The notes under the pieces: generated by a model
Seen by the model: only the letters and a program-made list of their open reading frames with translations
The model's database searches: none
Told to the model about the DNA's origin: nothing
Source: Oscillospiraceae bacterium
GTDB lineage: Bacteria > Bacillota > Clostridia > Oscillospirales > UBA929
NCBI GenBank assembly: GCA_031550325.1
Contig: JAVBOR010000013.1
Span: 27,946-91,945 of the forward strand
DNA length: 64,000 nucleotides
Reading direction: 5' to 3'
Made by a program: the position numbers and the translations under genes
Shown here: positions 18,385-28,709 of the stretch, piece after piece
Layout: every line of letters begins with the position of its first letter
Position numbering within the stretch: position 1 is the stretch's first letter

Positions 18385-19114
18385 ACCAGCTTCCCCTCTG
18401 TGGCTGAACAGGGGTAACCGCAGTTCAGCCTATATGTCTTGCCGTCCAAAAAGCCGGGCTTCCCGAAAGCGGTTCGGGGTTCGGTTTTTGGTCGGAAAGG
18501 ATTCAATCAAAACACCGCGCAACACGCCGGAGACCGGACGCGGCAAGTGTTGAAACCCTCTTTCGTAAACGACTCCGCGCGGAACCGGAGTCGTTTACAT
18601 GATCATTCTTATGTTGGAAAGACTAGATCATTCTAACTGATTTTTCGTGCGTTGGCAAGCGCCAGTTGCCCCAAAAGCCTCTGTCCCGATCCGTCAAGGC
18701 ACAGAGAGTCAAGCGCCTCGAGCGGGATGCCGCTCGAACAGCGGCGGCACTATGCTCTTTCGCTCCGTTTGATCGCTCGGATTGCCCGCACGGCGGCCTT
18801 GACGCTGCAGTTTAAACATGGTACAGTGAATATGTGAATATTTTCCAAAGGTTCCGGCGGATCTATAATTTTGTGCGAAGGGGCCAGTTTCAAGAATAAA
18901 GAGATGCGCATCATGAAAAAAAACCGTGACCTCCCAGTCGTATCCCGCGCTGCTTCCCAAATTCCCCAACGGCTACACCGAGCACACCATCGCCAAATTT
19001 GATCCCACGGGGATCTTGTCCGTCGAAGAGAACGACGGGGAGTAACCTTTTGAGACAAGCGGCGGCGTTCCCGCCGCTTGTCTCGCCCGATTCCACCGAC
19101 AGGAGGACATTGAC

Positions 19115-19708
19115 GTGACGAAATCCGACAAAGCCGCCCGAGAGCGCCACCCACTCTTCTGGCTCAACGTGCTGATTCTGATGGTTATAAACGAGATCCT
19201 TGGCTGGACGCACTTTATCAGTATGCTGACTCAAGTTGTTATACCGACTTTTGGGGGATCCATACTGTATGCCATGGCCGTTTTTCTGGTGTACTATTTC
19301 CTCAACATAGAAGACATGGACGATATTAAATTTTTCCCATTGAGCCATGTTCTTTGTTTCGCGGTCAACTGCGTTTTCTTTTATTTAACGGGCATGTCGG
19401 CTAAAAAAAGCGGAGATTTTGGTTTTAGTCAGATATACACTGTACCATATCTGGCTGTTCTGCTCCTCTTCTGGTTAATCCCCGCGCTGATCGCCGCCGC
19501 GGTCTACCGGCGCAGGATCGCCGCCAAGCGCGCCAAAATGTTCGCTTCCCCCATAAAACAACACTTTGAGGAACCTGTATCCGGGCCGAGCGTGACAAAC
19601 AGCGACGAGGCCGGGGCCCCTGCGGCCGGCGACGATAGTGAAGCACCGAAGCCCGACCGGCTGCCGCCTGAAGAGGGTCAGCGTCCTCCCGATCCCCCGA
19701 TCCACTGA
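19115..19708 (+). CDS. hypothetical membrane protein with Pro/Ala-rich C-terminal tail
   Basis: GTG start 8 nt after AGGAGG. Four to five hydrophobic helices. I recognise no family. Confidence 0.5.
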   Translation: MTKSDKAARERHPLFWLNVLILMVINEILGWTHFISMLTQVVIPTFGGSILYAMAVFLVYYFLNIEDMDDIKFFPLSHVLCFAVNCVFFYLTGMSAKKSGDFGFSQIYTVPYLAVLLLFWLIPALIAAAVYRRRIAAKRAKMFASPIKQHFEEPVSGPSVTNSDEAGAPAAGDDSEAPKPDRLPPEEGQRPPDPPIH

Positions 19709-19764
19709 GCACCTGCCATAAGGCCGCAAACCGCTTGGCAGCGTTCCGCCTGCCAAACGCATGC

Positions 19765-19803
19765 AAAAATCCTTGAAACGGCGCGTCGTTTCAAGGATTT
19801 TTT
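19765..19803. terminator. bidirectional rho-independent terminator
   Basis: ATCCTTGAAACG (19769-19780) pairs with CGTTTCAAGGAT (19787-19798). An A5 run lies on one side and a T6 run on the other. It serves the 19115 gene (+) and tRNA-Thr (-). Confidence 0.75.
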
Positions 19804-19877
19804 GGAGCTACTGGTCAGAATCGAACTGACAACCTGCTCATTACGAGTGAGCTGCTCTGCCATTGAGCCACAGTAGC
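19803..19877 (-). tRNA. tRNA-Thr (anticodon CGT)
   Basis: Hand-folded cloverleaf: acceptor GCTACTG/CAGTAGC, D arm GCTC..GAGC, anticodon stem GCTCA/TGAGC with loop CTCGTAA, T arm GTCAG-TTCGATT-CTGAC, encoded CCA. 75 nt. Confidence 0.9.
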
Positions 19878-20036
19878 CTATGGCCGAGGGCGGGGTCGCC
19901 GCCCTCGGTTAGTTTGTCACGGATCGGCTTCGGTTATGTTCGGGATCCGGCGGGTTGAGCCGCAATCAAATCGATATGCCGCTTCGCCAAAACTCCGCCC
20001 GGAGTGGAAAAAGCGGAAGCCGCGCCAAAAAGCGGT

Positions 20037-21215
20037 TTACTCGCTTGCGTAATTGTCAAAGTATCCCTTGATCAAAACGACCGGTGTTCCCTTGTCGCCG
20101 CTGCCGCTGGTTAAGTCGCACAGGCTGCCGATCAGATCGGCCAACTGGCGGGGGGTGGTGCCCTCGGTCTCCTCGCGGCCCTTCAGCTGATCGTCCTTTT
20201 GCCGAATACGCTGCACCACGGCAGCGCGCGCCTCTTCCCCGCGCTTTTCGGAGAACTCGTTGTCGGCGATATACTTCAGCTTCAGCTCATTGGGCAGGCC
20301 GCGCAGGCCGTCTGTGTAGGCGGGAGAGACAACGGGGTCGGCCAGCTCCCAGATTTTCCCCACGGGATCCTTAAAAGCGCCGTCTCCGTAGACCAAAACC
20401 TCAATCGACGCGCCTGTCTTTTCCAGAACAAGGCGCCGAACGCACTCGACAAACTCCTCGCAGGAGTGGGGAAACAGCTTGACGCTGCTTTCGGTGGCCT
20501 TGTTGGAACCAAGCAGGCCGTAGTCCGGGTTGTATCCGCTGCCCCCAACGCTTTCGCGCAGAAGATCGTCGAGCCCGATGACCTTTTGTGCGCCAGCCTC
20601 CAACAACTGCCGCTTGGTACGGTGACGGGTATGGATGTCGGCGGCGATCACCTGCTTGGTGTGTTTGAGGATTTCCCGGGGATCGTTGGCCAAAATAATC
20701 TCGGCATTGCCTCCAAACTCGCGGTAGAGATGGAGGTAATCAATGCCGGTAAACTCATGGTTGACGGCGCCAAAACGCGCCCGAAACTCAGACTCTGTGA
20801 AGACGTCGCGCATGATGTTGGTGTCGGAATCGTACACCTTATCGACGGCGATCAGATGGTTTCCCACCTCGTCGGCCGGATAACTCAGGAGAACAACCAG
20901 CTTATCTGCGCCGGCGGCAATGCCCTTGAGCAGGAGAGAAAACCGGTTGCGGCTAAGTATGGGAAACACAACGCCAACAGCGCCCGAAGGGAACTGCCTT
21001 CTGACGTCGGCGGCGATTTGCTCAACAGTGGCGTAGTTGCCTTGCGCGCGGGCGACAACCGCTTCCGTTACGCCAATGATGTCCCGGTCGCACAGTTGCG
21101 ACCCCGACTCTTCCCCATACGCCAAAACGGCATCCACGACAATCTCGGGAAGAGAGTTGCCCTCGTGGATGATGGGGGTGCGAATACCGATGACCTGCGT
21201 ACCTGTAGTTCTCAT
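20037..21215 (-). CDS. CofE-like (F420-0:gamma-glutamyl ligase family) domain protein
   Basis: 392 aa. The N-terminal pattern VIGIRTPIIHEGNSLPEIVVDAV...DRDIIGVTEAVVARAQGNY matches the CofE-family fold signature from memory. It is longer than canonical CofE. Confidence 0.5.
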   Translation of the reverse strand: MRTTGTQVIGIRTPIIHEGNSLPEIVVDAVLAYGEESGSQLCDRDIIGVTEAVVARAQGNYATVEQIAADVRRQFPSGAVGVVFPILSRNRFSLLLKGIAAGADKLVVLLSYPADEVGNHLIAVDKVYDSDTNIMRDVFTESEFRARFGAVNHEFTGIDYLHLYREFGGNAEIILANDPREILKHTKQVIAADIHTRHRTKRQLLEAGAQKVIGLDDLLRESVGGSGYNPDYGLLGSNKATESSVKLFPHSCEEFVECVRRLVLEKTGASIEVLVYGDGAFKDPVGKIWELADPVVSPAYTDGLRGLPNELKLKYIADNEFSEKRGEEARAAVVQRIRQKDDQLKGREETEGTTPRQLADLIGSLCDLTSGSGDKGTPVVLIKGYFDNYASE

Positions 21216-21274
21216 ATGCCTCCCTGTCTCCGTTCTGTTTTTACCCGACGCGAATCAGTCTTATCGCTTGCGTT

Positions 21275-21351
21275 TGGTCGGGGCGACAGGATTTGAACCT
21301 GCGGCCTCTGGCTCCCAAAGCAAGCGCTCTGCCAAACTGAGCTACGCCCCG
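21275..21351 (-). tRNA. tRNA-Pro (anticodon TGG)
   Basis: Hand-folded: acceptor CGGGGCG/CGCCCCG, D arm GCTC..GAGC, anticodon stem CTTGC/GCCAG (one mismatch) with loop TTTGGGA, T arm GCAGG-TTCAAAT-CCTGT, encoded CCA. 77 nt. Confidence 0.85.
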
Positions 21352-21568
21352 ACAACAAGCTGCCTGTCGGCAGCGCCTTCTCAAAGACAACACATTATAC
21401 CAAACGCTTTCGCTTTTGTAAAGCATCAAGTGCGCGGGTAAAAAAATTGCTGTGTACGCAAAACCCAGGCGACCGTTTTGCCGCCCGGGAGGGCAAAAAG
21501 CCGCCGCAGCGGTTTGATCCAACCCCCGCTGCCAAAGAACCGGAGGCTCTTCGGCAGAGTTGAATCGT

Positions 21569-22723
21569 TTATTCCCCGTCTTCCGGCCCGGACGGCAGCT
21601 CGACGTCGCGCAGCTTGCGGAGGATCTGCTTTGTGCGCGTACCCGAGAGCGCGTCCAGATCCTTGCCCGCGGCCTCCAGCTTTTTTTGCGCGGCGCTCAG
21701 AAGCTCAGAGAACTTCATAAACTCCGATTTGACCTCGCCAAGAACCGCCCAGACCTCGCCGGTGCGTTTTTGGATGGACAGTGTGCGAAAGCCCATCTGC
21801 AGCGCGTTGAGCAGAGCGGCCATCGTCGTCGGCCCGGCGATATTGATTTTGTAGTCGCGCTGGAGCTGCTCGATCAGGCCCCGGCGCACCACCTCGGCGT
21901 AAAGGCCCTCAAACGGCAAAAAGAGTATGCCGAAGTCGGTGGTGTAGGGCGGCTCGATGTATTTGTCGCGAATCTCCCTGGCAGAGGCCTTCAGCGCGGC
22001 GACGAGCTCGCGCGCGCAGGCGTCGACCAGCGCCCCGTCCCCCGACGCATAGGCGTCGCACAGCGCGCCGTAACGGTCGGAGGGAAACTTGCTGTCGATG
22101 GGCAGCCAAACAGTGCCCGAACCGTCGCCGGGCAGCTTTACGGCGAACTCCACATGGGTGCCGCGCCCCGGGATGACGCCGACATTGACCGCATACTGCT
22201 CGGGCGTGAGCACCTGCTCCAAAATCGCGCCGAGCTGGTACTCCCCCAGAATGCCGCGCGTCTTGACCCCGGAGAGCACCTTTTTCAGGTCGCCCACGCC
22301 GGTGGCCAGCGTCTGCATCTCCCCAAGGCCCTTATAAACCTGCTCAAGGCGCTCGCTGACCAGTTTAAACGAGTTGCCGATGCGCTCATCGAGCGTCTTC
22401 TGCAGCTTGTCCTCCACGGTCAGCCGGATGGCGTCGAGCTTAAGCTGGTTGTCCTGCTGCATCAGCGCAAGGCGTCCGGCCATCATCTCGCGGATTTGGT
22501 CGAGCTTTTGCTCGTTTTGAAGCGAAAACTGCGCCAGCCGCTCGGACAGCTCGCGCAGGCGCTTATCCTGCGCGTCGGCCGACTGGCGCATCGCAGCCAT
22601 TAGCATGTCGGCGGCGGCGCTCTGCGCGGTCCGCGCGCTTTGGTGGGATTGCGCGACAAACACAATGACGCCGATAGAGCACAGGAGCGTCACAACCGAG
22701 ACCGTCAGCACCGCAAGTTCCAT
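21569..22723 (-). CDS. rmuC: DNA recombination protein RmuC
   Basis: 384 aa with an N-terminal TM helix, a long coiled-coil and a C-terminal nuclease-like core (GILGEYQL...VEFAVKLPG...LPIDSKFP...FLPFEGLY), typical of RmuC. Confidence 0.85.
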   Translation of the reverse strand: MELAVLTVSVVTLLCSIGVIVFVAQSHQSARTAQSAAADMLMAAMRQSADAQDKRLRELSERLAQFSLQNEQKLDQIREMMAGRLALMQQDNQLKLDAIRLTVEDKLQKTLDERIGNSFKLVSERLEQVYKGLGEMQTLATGVGDLKKVLSGVKTRGILGEYQLGAILEQVLTPEQYAVNVGVIPGRGTHVEFAVKLPGDGSGTVWLPIDSKFPSDRYGALCDAYASGDGALVDACARELVAALKASAREIRDKYIEPPYTTDFGILFLPFEGLYAEVVRRGLIEQLQRDYKINIAGPTTMAALLNALQMGFRTLSIQKRTGEVWAVLGEVKSEFMKFSELLSAAQKKLEAAGKDLDALSGTRTKQILRKLRDVELPSGPEDGE

Positions 22724-22732
22724 AGACGTCCT

Positions 22733-24430
22733 CTATGCGCTCTGCGGCGCAGCCGGGCCTGCCTGCTCAATCAGCGCCGCCACGTCTGACGACAACGCCT
22801 CCAGCCGCTCGGCAGACGCCTCGGCAGACGTTTCCCGCACACCGGCATACAGCTTCAGCTTGGGCTCCGTGCCCGACGGACGCACGCACACCCAGGCGTC
22901 CCGCTCAAGCTCAAAGAGCAGAACGTCCGAGATAGGCAAGTCTCCGCCCTGTAAATAGTCTGTTTCGCGCACGACAAGGAGCCCGCCGAGGGTCTCGGGC
23001 GGCTGGGCGCGCAGACGCGCCATCAGCGCGTCCAGCCGGGCCAGCCCCGAAACGCCGGGAAGCGTAAGTGTCTGCAGGCATTCCTTGTAGTAGCCATACT
23101 TTCGATACAGCGCGGCCAGCGCGTCGAGCAGCGTCTGACCGCGCGCGCGGTAATGCGCCGCCATCTCGGCGGTCAGCAGCGCCGCGCCGACGGCGTCCTT
23201 GTCGCGCACGGCGTCGCCTGTGAGATAGCCGAAGCTCTCCTCAAAGCCGAAGACAAACTTGCACTCGGGATGCCGCTCGGCGGCGTCGCCGATGTACTTA
23301 AAGCCCGTGAGCACATCGAGAAGCTTCACGCCGTGGTCGGCGCAAATCGCGCGCGCCATACCCGTGGAGACAATGGTTTTGACCACGAGCGGCCGCGTCC
23401 CCCACTTGCCGTTTTCCAGCAGATAGCTGAGCATCAGGCAGCCGAGCTGATTGCCGCTCAGCGACGCGAAGCGATCCTCCATGCGCACAAACACGCCCAG
23501 CCGGTCGGCGTCGGGGTCGGTGCCCAAAATAAGCTCCGAGCCCAGCTGCTTGGCCTGTTGAAGCGCCAGCGAAAACGCGGCGGGATCCTCGGGATTGGGC
23601 AGAGCCACGGTGGGGAAGTCGCCGTCCGGGGAAACCTGCTCCGGGACGACCTGGACGTTTGTAAAGCCCGCCCCGGCAAGGGTGCGGCGCACCATTGGCT
23701 CCCCCGCGCCATGAAGCGGCGTGTACAGGATGGGCATGTCGGCCTGCGACGCGATGTCCTCCGGGTTGAGAACCTGCGCGAGAAGCGCCGAGACATAGGC
23801 GCTGTCAAGCGCCTCGCCCAGCAAAAGGGCTTCCCCGGTCTCAGGAAGGCGCGCGACGGCGCGCATGTCCGAAAACCCGCCGATTTCACGGGCAATGGCG
23901 GCTGCTGCCTCGGGCAGGATCTGCACGCCGTTGGAGCTGTAAATCTTATACCCGTTGTATGCGCTGGGGTTGTGGCTGGCCGTGATGACAATGCCCGCCG
24001 CCGCGCCCAGCTCGCGCACGGCAAAGCTGAGCTCGGGCGTGGGCCGCAGGGAGGGGAAAACATAGGCCTTAATGCCCTGCGACAAAAGCGTTCCGGCGGC
24101 CTCCCGGGCAAACTTGCCCGAGTGATGCCGCGAGTCGTGGGCGATGACCACGCCGGCGCGCGCCGCTTCGGGGTCAACCTGAAGCAGATATCTGGCAAGG
24201 CCGAAGGTTGCCTTGCGCACGGTATAGAGGTTCATGCGGTTCGGCCCAACGCCCATGATACCGCGCAGGCCCCCCGTGCCGAAGCTCAAATCGCGGTAAA
24301 AGCAGTCGTAAAGCTCGTCCGGACGATCCTCCAGCGCGTCGATTTCCGCCGCGGTGTCCGCATCAAGGCAGCGCCACAGCGGCGGGAGCTCCCGAACGCG
24401 CGCGTCCTGCTGCGTCAGTTTATCATCCAT
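22733..24430 (-). CDS. alpha-D-phosphohexomutase (phosphoglucomutase/phosphomannomutase)
   Basis: 565 aa. Active-site loop [13 protein letters not shown], metal-binding [10 protein letters not shown], sugar loop GFEESFGY. The start overlaps the upstream gene's stop by 8 nt. Confidence 0.9.
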   Translation of the reverse strand: MDDKLTQQDARVRELPPLWRCLDADTAAEIDALEDRPDELYDCFYRDLSFGTGGLRGIMGVGPNRMNLYTVRKATFGLARYLLQVDPEAARAGVVIAHDSRHHSGKFAREAAGTLLSQGIKAYVFPSLRPTPELSFAVRELGAAAGIVITASHNPSAYNGYKIYSSNGVQILPEAAAAIAREIGGFSDMRAVARLPETGEALLLGEALDSAYVSALLAQVLNPEDIASQADMPILYTPLHGAGEPMVRRTLAGAGFTNVQVVPEQVSPDGDFPTVALPNPEDPAAFSLALQQAKQLGSELILGTDPDADRLGVFVRMEDRFASLSGNQLGCLMLSYLLENGKWGTRPLVVKTIVSTGMARAICADHGVKLLDVLTGFKYIGDAAERHPECKFVFGFEESFGYLTGDAVRDKDAVGAALLTAEMAAHYRARGQTLLDALAALYRKYGYYKECLQTLTLPGVSGLARLDALMARLRAQPPETLGGLLVVRETDYLQGGDLPISDVLLFELERDAWVCVRPSGTEPKLKLYAGVRETSAEASAERLEALSSDVAALIEQAGPAAPQSA

Positions 24431-26786
24431 GGTTGATCCATTTCCCTGCGGGAGGTTTTTGCAGCAGTTCGGCGTTTTGGGCGATCAGGCCAATGCGCTG
24501 CCTCACGCAGTTCACGGTGTCGAAGGGATCCTCGGGCGTGTTGAAAATATAGTCCTCCAGCCGCGCCAGCGTCGTGCGGGCGACATGCATGCGCGTGTCT
24601 GAGGCGGCGTAATAGATATAGATTTCGTCGTTGTCGGTGCGCACCCAGCCATTGGAAAACACCACGTTGGACACGTCGCCCACGCGTTCGCCGGCCAGCG
24701 GCGTCAGGAACGCGCCCGAGGGCTTGTGCGTGACCACCCAGGGCTTTTCGAGGTCGGCGGCGAAGCAGTACAGCACATAGCGCAGTCCGGCCGCCGTGTT
24801 GCGCACGCCGTGGGCGAGGTGCAAAAAGCCGCGCGCCGTGCGGATGGGCGGCGGGCCGAGGCCGTTTTTGACCTCATAGACCGTATGGTAGCGCTTTTCG
24901 TCCATGAGCCGCTCGTCCGACACCACGGCGTGCGTGATGTCCTCGCAGGTGCCGAAAGAGATGCCGCCGCCCGACCCGGTGTCGATGAAGCCGTCCTGCG
25001 GGCGGGTGTAAAACGCGTACCGTCCGTCGATAAACTCGGGATGCAGCACCACGTTGCGCTGCTGAGACGATTTGGAGCGAAGGTTTTCCAGCCGCTCCCA
25101 GCGCACAAGGTCGCGCGTCCGGATGATGCCCGCGTAGGCCAGCGCGCTGGAGGTGTCGCCCTTCGGCGCGGAGTTGTCATGATGCTCGCTGCAGAATACG
25201 CCGTAGATATAGCCATCCTCGTGGGCGGTCAGACGCAGGTCGTATACATTGACCTCGCCGGGGCAGGGTGCGCCGTCCCAGGTCACCGGATCAAGCAAAA
25301 ACCGGAAGCCGTGCGTGGGGTGCTCGCTCTCGGCCAGCGCAAAGAACGACTTGCGGTCGGCGCCCTCGACGCGCACCGACAGATAGTATTTCCCGTTCCA
25401 GTAAATGGCGCCCGCGTTCAGCGTGGCGTTGACACCCAGACGTTCCATGAAAAACGGATTGCTCTCGGCAGAAAGGTCAAAGCGCCAGTGCAGCGGCATA
25501 TGCGCGCGCGTGCACACAGGGTGCTGATAGCGGTCGTACACGCCGTTATAGAAGTGCGGGTTGACCGCGTTCGGGCGCGACAGCAGGGTCTCCTGCTCGC
25601 GCAGCGCCTCAAAATACACAGGGTGCGCGCCGCCGAGCCGGTCCAGAATCTCCATGCACATGCGCGCGTTGTGATAGGGCGTTTTCCACGGCCCGCCGAC
25701 AGACCGGCGAATCGGCACCCAGTTTGCGTCAAGCGACCAGAACCATTCGCCGTTGGGGCGGGGATCGATCACGTGGTTCTGGATGCCCGCGTAGACGGCC
25801 TTGGCGGCCGCCATATACCGGCCGTCAAAGGTCAGCGAGTAGGCGTTGACAAAGCCGATCACCGCCTCAGCCTGAATCCACCAGACCTTGGTCTCGTCGA
25901 ACACGCCGCCCTCCTCCTCGTTGGCCAGAGAGCCGTCCGGCAAAACAGCCGTGTTGAGCACGCTGCGCGCGACGCCCAGAACCATGTCCCGGTAATACCG
26001 CACGTCGGCGCAGCCGAGCGCCTTCAGCGCATCCCAGATCAGCCAGGTCGCCTCGATGTCGTGGCCAAAGGATTTCAGGGAGGAACAGGGCTTCCAGTGG
26101 GCGTCAAAAAATACATCGAAGCAGCCGCGGTCGGGGTTATAGATTTTTTTGTGGAAGAGCTCTGCCAGGTGGGCCAGACGGTCGCCGACGGCGACGTCGC
26201 CGCAGGCTGCATAGAGGCTGGTATATGCCTCAAGGAGGTGCAGATGCGTGTTGGTCGTGGTCTCGGCCTGCAGCTCTTCGCCGATGAGTTCGTTGGACAG
26301 CGGCGACCAGGTGCGGTCAAACTCCTCCAAATAGCGGTCGTCCTCGGCGCTGTACCCCACGCGCTCGATCAGCAAGAAAATGTCTCTGGCCTGACGCAGC
26401 GCGTCGTCCGAGCCCGTGAGCAGAGCGTACTCGCTAAACGCATAAACGGCAAAGGCCTGCGCGTACACATGCTTGCGTGTGTCGGACGGCGTGCCGTCGC
26501 GGTGCGCCGTCCAATAGATGCCGCCGTACTCCGGGTCGATGAGCCTGACCAGAAAGGCGTACGCGTGGTCTGCCATATCGCGGTAGACGGGATTCATAAA
26601 CCGCCGGGCCGCCGCCGACCACGTCCACAAATGGCGCGCAGCCGCAATGCCGCCCTTGTCGGCGTCCTTGTGTACGACAAGGTCAAAGTCCACCTCGCCG
26701 TAAAAACCGCCGTGCTCGCGGTCGGCGGTCTCCATCCAAAAGGGAAGGATATGCCCCTTTAATTCGCGTTCAACTTCGGTCATCAT
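24423..26786 (-). CDS. fusion protein: N-acylglucosamine/cellobiose 2-epimerase (AGE family) + GH130 beta-mannoside phosphorylase
   Basis: Track ORF 24423..26984 trimmed to ATG ATG at comp. 26786. The N-terminal half ([10 protein letters not shown]...[17 protein letters not shown]...[15 protein letters not shown]) is AGE-like. The C-terminal half ([12 protein letters not shown]...[34 protein letters not shown]...[12 protein letters not shown]...[12 protein letters not shown]) is GH130 subfamily-1-like. One uninterrupted frame. Confidence 0.75.
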   Translation of the reverse strand: MMTEVERELKGHILPFWMETADREHGGFYGEVDFDLVVHKDADKGGIAAARHLWTWSAAARRFMNPVYRDMADHAYAFLVRLIDPEYGGIYWTAHRDGTPSDTRKHVYAQAFAVYAFSEYALLTGSDDALRQARDIFLLIERVGYSAEDDRYLEEFDRTWSPLSNELIGEELQAETTTNTHLHLLEAYTSLYAACGDVAVGDRLAHLAELFHKKIYNPDRGCFDVFFDAHWKPCSSLKSFGHDIEATWLIWDALKALGCADVRYYRDMVLGVARSVLNTAVLPDGSLANEEEGGVFDETKVWWIQAEAVIGFVNAYSLTFDGRYMAAAKAVYAGIQNHVIDPRPNGEWFWSLDANWVPIRRSVGGPWKTPYHNARMCMEILDRLGGAHPVYFEALREQETLLSRPNAVNPHFYNGVYDRYQHPVCTRAHMPLHWRFDLSAESNPFFMERLGVNATLNAGAIYWNGKYYLSVRVEGADRKSFFALAESEHPTHGFRFLLDPVTWDGAPCPGEVNVYDLRLTAHEDGYIYGVFCSEHHDNSAPKGDTSSALAYAGIIRTRDLVRWERLENLRSKSSQQRNVVLHPEFIDGRYAFYTRPQDGFIDTGSGGGISFGTCEDITHAVVSDERLMDEKRYHTVYEVKNGLGPPPIRTARGFLHLAHGVRNTAAGLRYVLYCFAADLEKPWVVTHKPSGAFLTPLAGERVGDVSNVVFSNGWVRTDNDEIYIYYAASDTRMHVARTTLARLEDYIFNTPEDPFDTVNCVRQRIGLIAQNAELLQKPPAGKWINHG

Positions 26787-26844
26787 ATTCAAAAAAATCC
26801 ACCTCACATCCAAAAATTGCCTGAGAGAATGTGGCCCCCGCCGC

Positions 26845-28686
26845 TCAAAGCGCGCCGGACTCGCGAAGAGGAATGCGCACGTCCACGCAGAGGCCGCCGT
26901 TTTGCGCGGGGTAGATACGCAGTCCGCAGTCTGCGCCGTAAAAAAGCCGGATGCGGTCGTTGACATTTTCCACACCAATGCCATGGTCGCTGCCGCCGGC
27001 CGCCGCCGGAGCGGTCAGCCGCGCCGACAGAGCCTCCAGTTCCGAGGCGGACATGCCCACGCCATTGTCCCGGAGCGTGAGCACCAACAGACTGTTTTCC
27101 ACGCTGCTGGACAGTTCAATCGTGCAGTTGTCCTTTTTTTGCGGAAACCCATGGTAGATGCTGTTTTCCACCAGCGGCTGAAGCGTCATGCGCAGAATCT
27201 GCAGCTCCATATGTTCGGGCGGAATGCTGACCAGTATGTGGATTTTATCGTCAAAGCGGAGATTTTGCAAGCCCACATAGGAAAAAAGATGCTCAACCTC
27301 GCGCGCGACGGTCACAAACTCGCCCTCTGAGCTGATGCTGTAGCGCATCAGTTTGCCCAGCTGAAGAACCATTTTAGAGGTCACGCGGTCGCCGTTAATC
27401 AGCGAGGTCATGCGGATGGCCTCGAGGGTGTTGTAGAGGAAATGCGGGTTGATCTGCGCCTGCAGCGCGTTGAGCTCTGCCTCCTTCTTGCGCAGCACGG
27501 CCACGTGGTTTTCGTTGACGAGCGTGTCGATGCGCCCCATCATGCGGTTGAATACCTGCCCGAGTTTGCCGATCTCGTCATGGTGACGCACAGGCAGGCG
27601 GACGGTCAGATCCCCCTCCCCAATGTGTCCCATCTGAACGATCATCTGCTTGAGGGGCCGCGTGATGCCATAGGAAACGGCGATGGAGATGATCAGGGAC
27701 AGCAGCACAAAGACAAGAGAGAGCAGGGCAAAGGTGCGCCAGAGCTGATCCATGTCGGCGTAGTAGTTTGCCTCGGGGACAAGCATCACCAGATACAGGT
27801 CCGCCCGGCTGAGCGTGGCGACAGTCACATGCACGCGCGCGCCGCGTCCGCCGCTTTGCGCGAGCTCGGTCACCTGACCGCTATCCAGGGTGAAATAGGC
27901 CGTCAGATCGGTCGCGGAATATTGCAGGCCAACGTTCTTCTCTTCGGTGTCGTAGGAGATAACCCCGTTCCGGTCCAGCAGCAGGGCGCGCTCGTTGTCA
28001 TTGCGCTTGAGGCTGGAAACGCTCTCGCGCAGAAACTTCACGTCGGCGTAGATGCGCATGACGCCCACCAGGTCGACGCTGGAGGGGTCGATGATGGCGC
28101 GCGCGACGGAAAAGACATAGAAGTTGTCTTTTTCGGGAAACGCAAGCGGGGGGTACTTTTCGCTGGGAAAATACAGCGCTTCTCCCGAGGAGGAAAGGCA
28201 GAGCTGAAACCATGGCTCGCCGACGGGATTGTAGGGGAAGAGCAGCTGATTGTTGCGCATGCGGTTGAGGCCGACGCCGACGGTGTTGAACAGGAAGACG
28301 CTGTGGATGCTGCTGTTGAGCATGCGGATATTGGTCAGCAGCTGGCCGATGATGGTCTCCTCCTCAAAAGAGAAGCCCGGGTCGGCGCCACGGTCGATGC
28401 GGAGCCTGTTCTCCTTCAGCAGCGAAATGACGCGCTGGTCGTACAGGGGCTGCGTGGTCAGCGCCTCCAGGGAGGCCACGGTGTTGTCGATGCTGCCGGC
28501 CGCCTGAAGCGACATTTGAAGGCGCAGGTTTTTTTCCTTGGCGGTTTCCAGCTCGGTGAAGACGCCAAACAGAATATAGAAGACCAGCGAGATGGGAATG
28601 ATGAGCAGCAGCACATGATTGAGGATCATCTTCATCTGCAGAGAGCTTTCCCAATACGGATGGCGTCCGCGCCGCCTACTGAACAA
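26845..28686 (-). CDS. YesM-type sensor histidine kinase
   Basis: 613 aa. TTG start 7 nt after AAGGAGGG. N-terminal TM, extracytoplasmic domain, second TM, HAMP ([12 protein letters not shown]), His_kinase ([13 protein letters not shown]) and HATPase (GHGIGVENV). Confidence 0.85.
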   Translation of the reverse strand: MFSRRRGRHPYWESSLQMKMILNHVLLLIIPISLVFYILFGVFTELETAKEKNLRLQMSLQAAGSIDNTVASLEALTTQPLYDQRVISLLKENRLRIDRGADPGFSFEEETIIGQLLTNIRMLNSSIHSVFLFNTVGVGLNRMRNNQLLFPYNPVGEPWFQLCLSSSGEALYFPSEKYPPLAFPEKDNFYVFSVARAIIDPSSVDLVGVMRIYADVKFLRESVSSLKRNDNERALLLDRNGVISYDTEEKNVGLQYSATDLTAYFTLDSGQVTELAQSGGRGARVHVTVATLSRADLYLVMLVPEANYYADMDQLWRTFALLSLVFVLLSLIISIAVSYGITRPLKQMIVQMGHIGEGDLTVRLPVRHHDEIGKLGQVFNRMMGRIDTLVNENHVAVLRKKEAELNALQAQINPHFLYNTLEAIRMTSLINGDRVTSKMVLQLGKLMRYSISSEGEFVTVAREVEHLFSYVGLQNLRFDDKIHILVSIPPEHMELQILRMTLQPLVENSIYHGFPQKKDNCTIELSSSVENSLLVLTLRDNGVGMSASELEALSARLTAPAAAGGSDHGIGVENVNDRIRLFYGADCGLRIYPAQNGGLCVDVRIPLRESGAL

Positions 28687-28709
28687 ATAAAGCCCTCCTT
28701 CTCAAAGCG

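Noticed and set aside
18926-19045. 39-aa GTG-initiated ORF (MTSQSYPALLPKFPNGYTEHTIAKFDPTGILSVEENDGE) followed by a 14-bp hairpin
   Set aside because: It has no Shine-Dalgarno sequence, a weak start codon and no recognisable family. It cannot be distinguished from chance without conservation or ribosome-profiling data.
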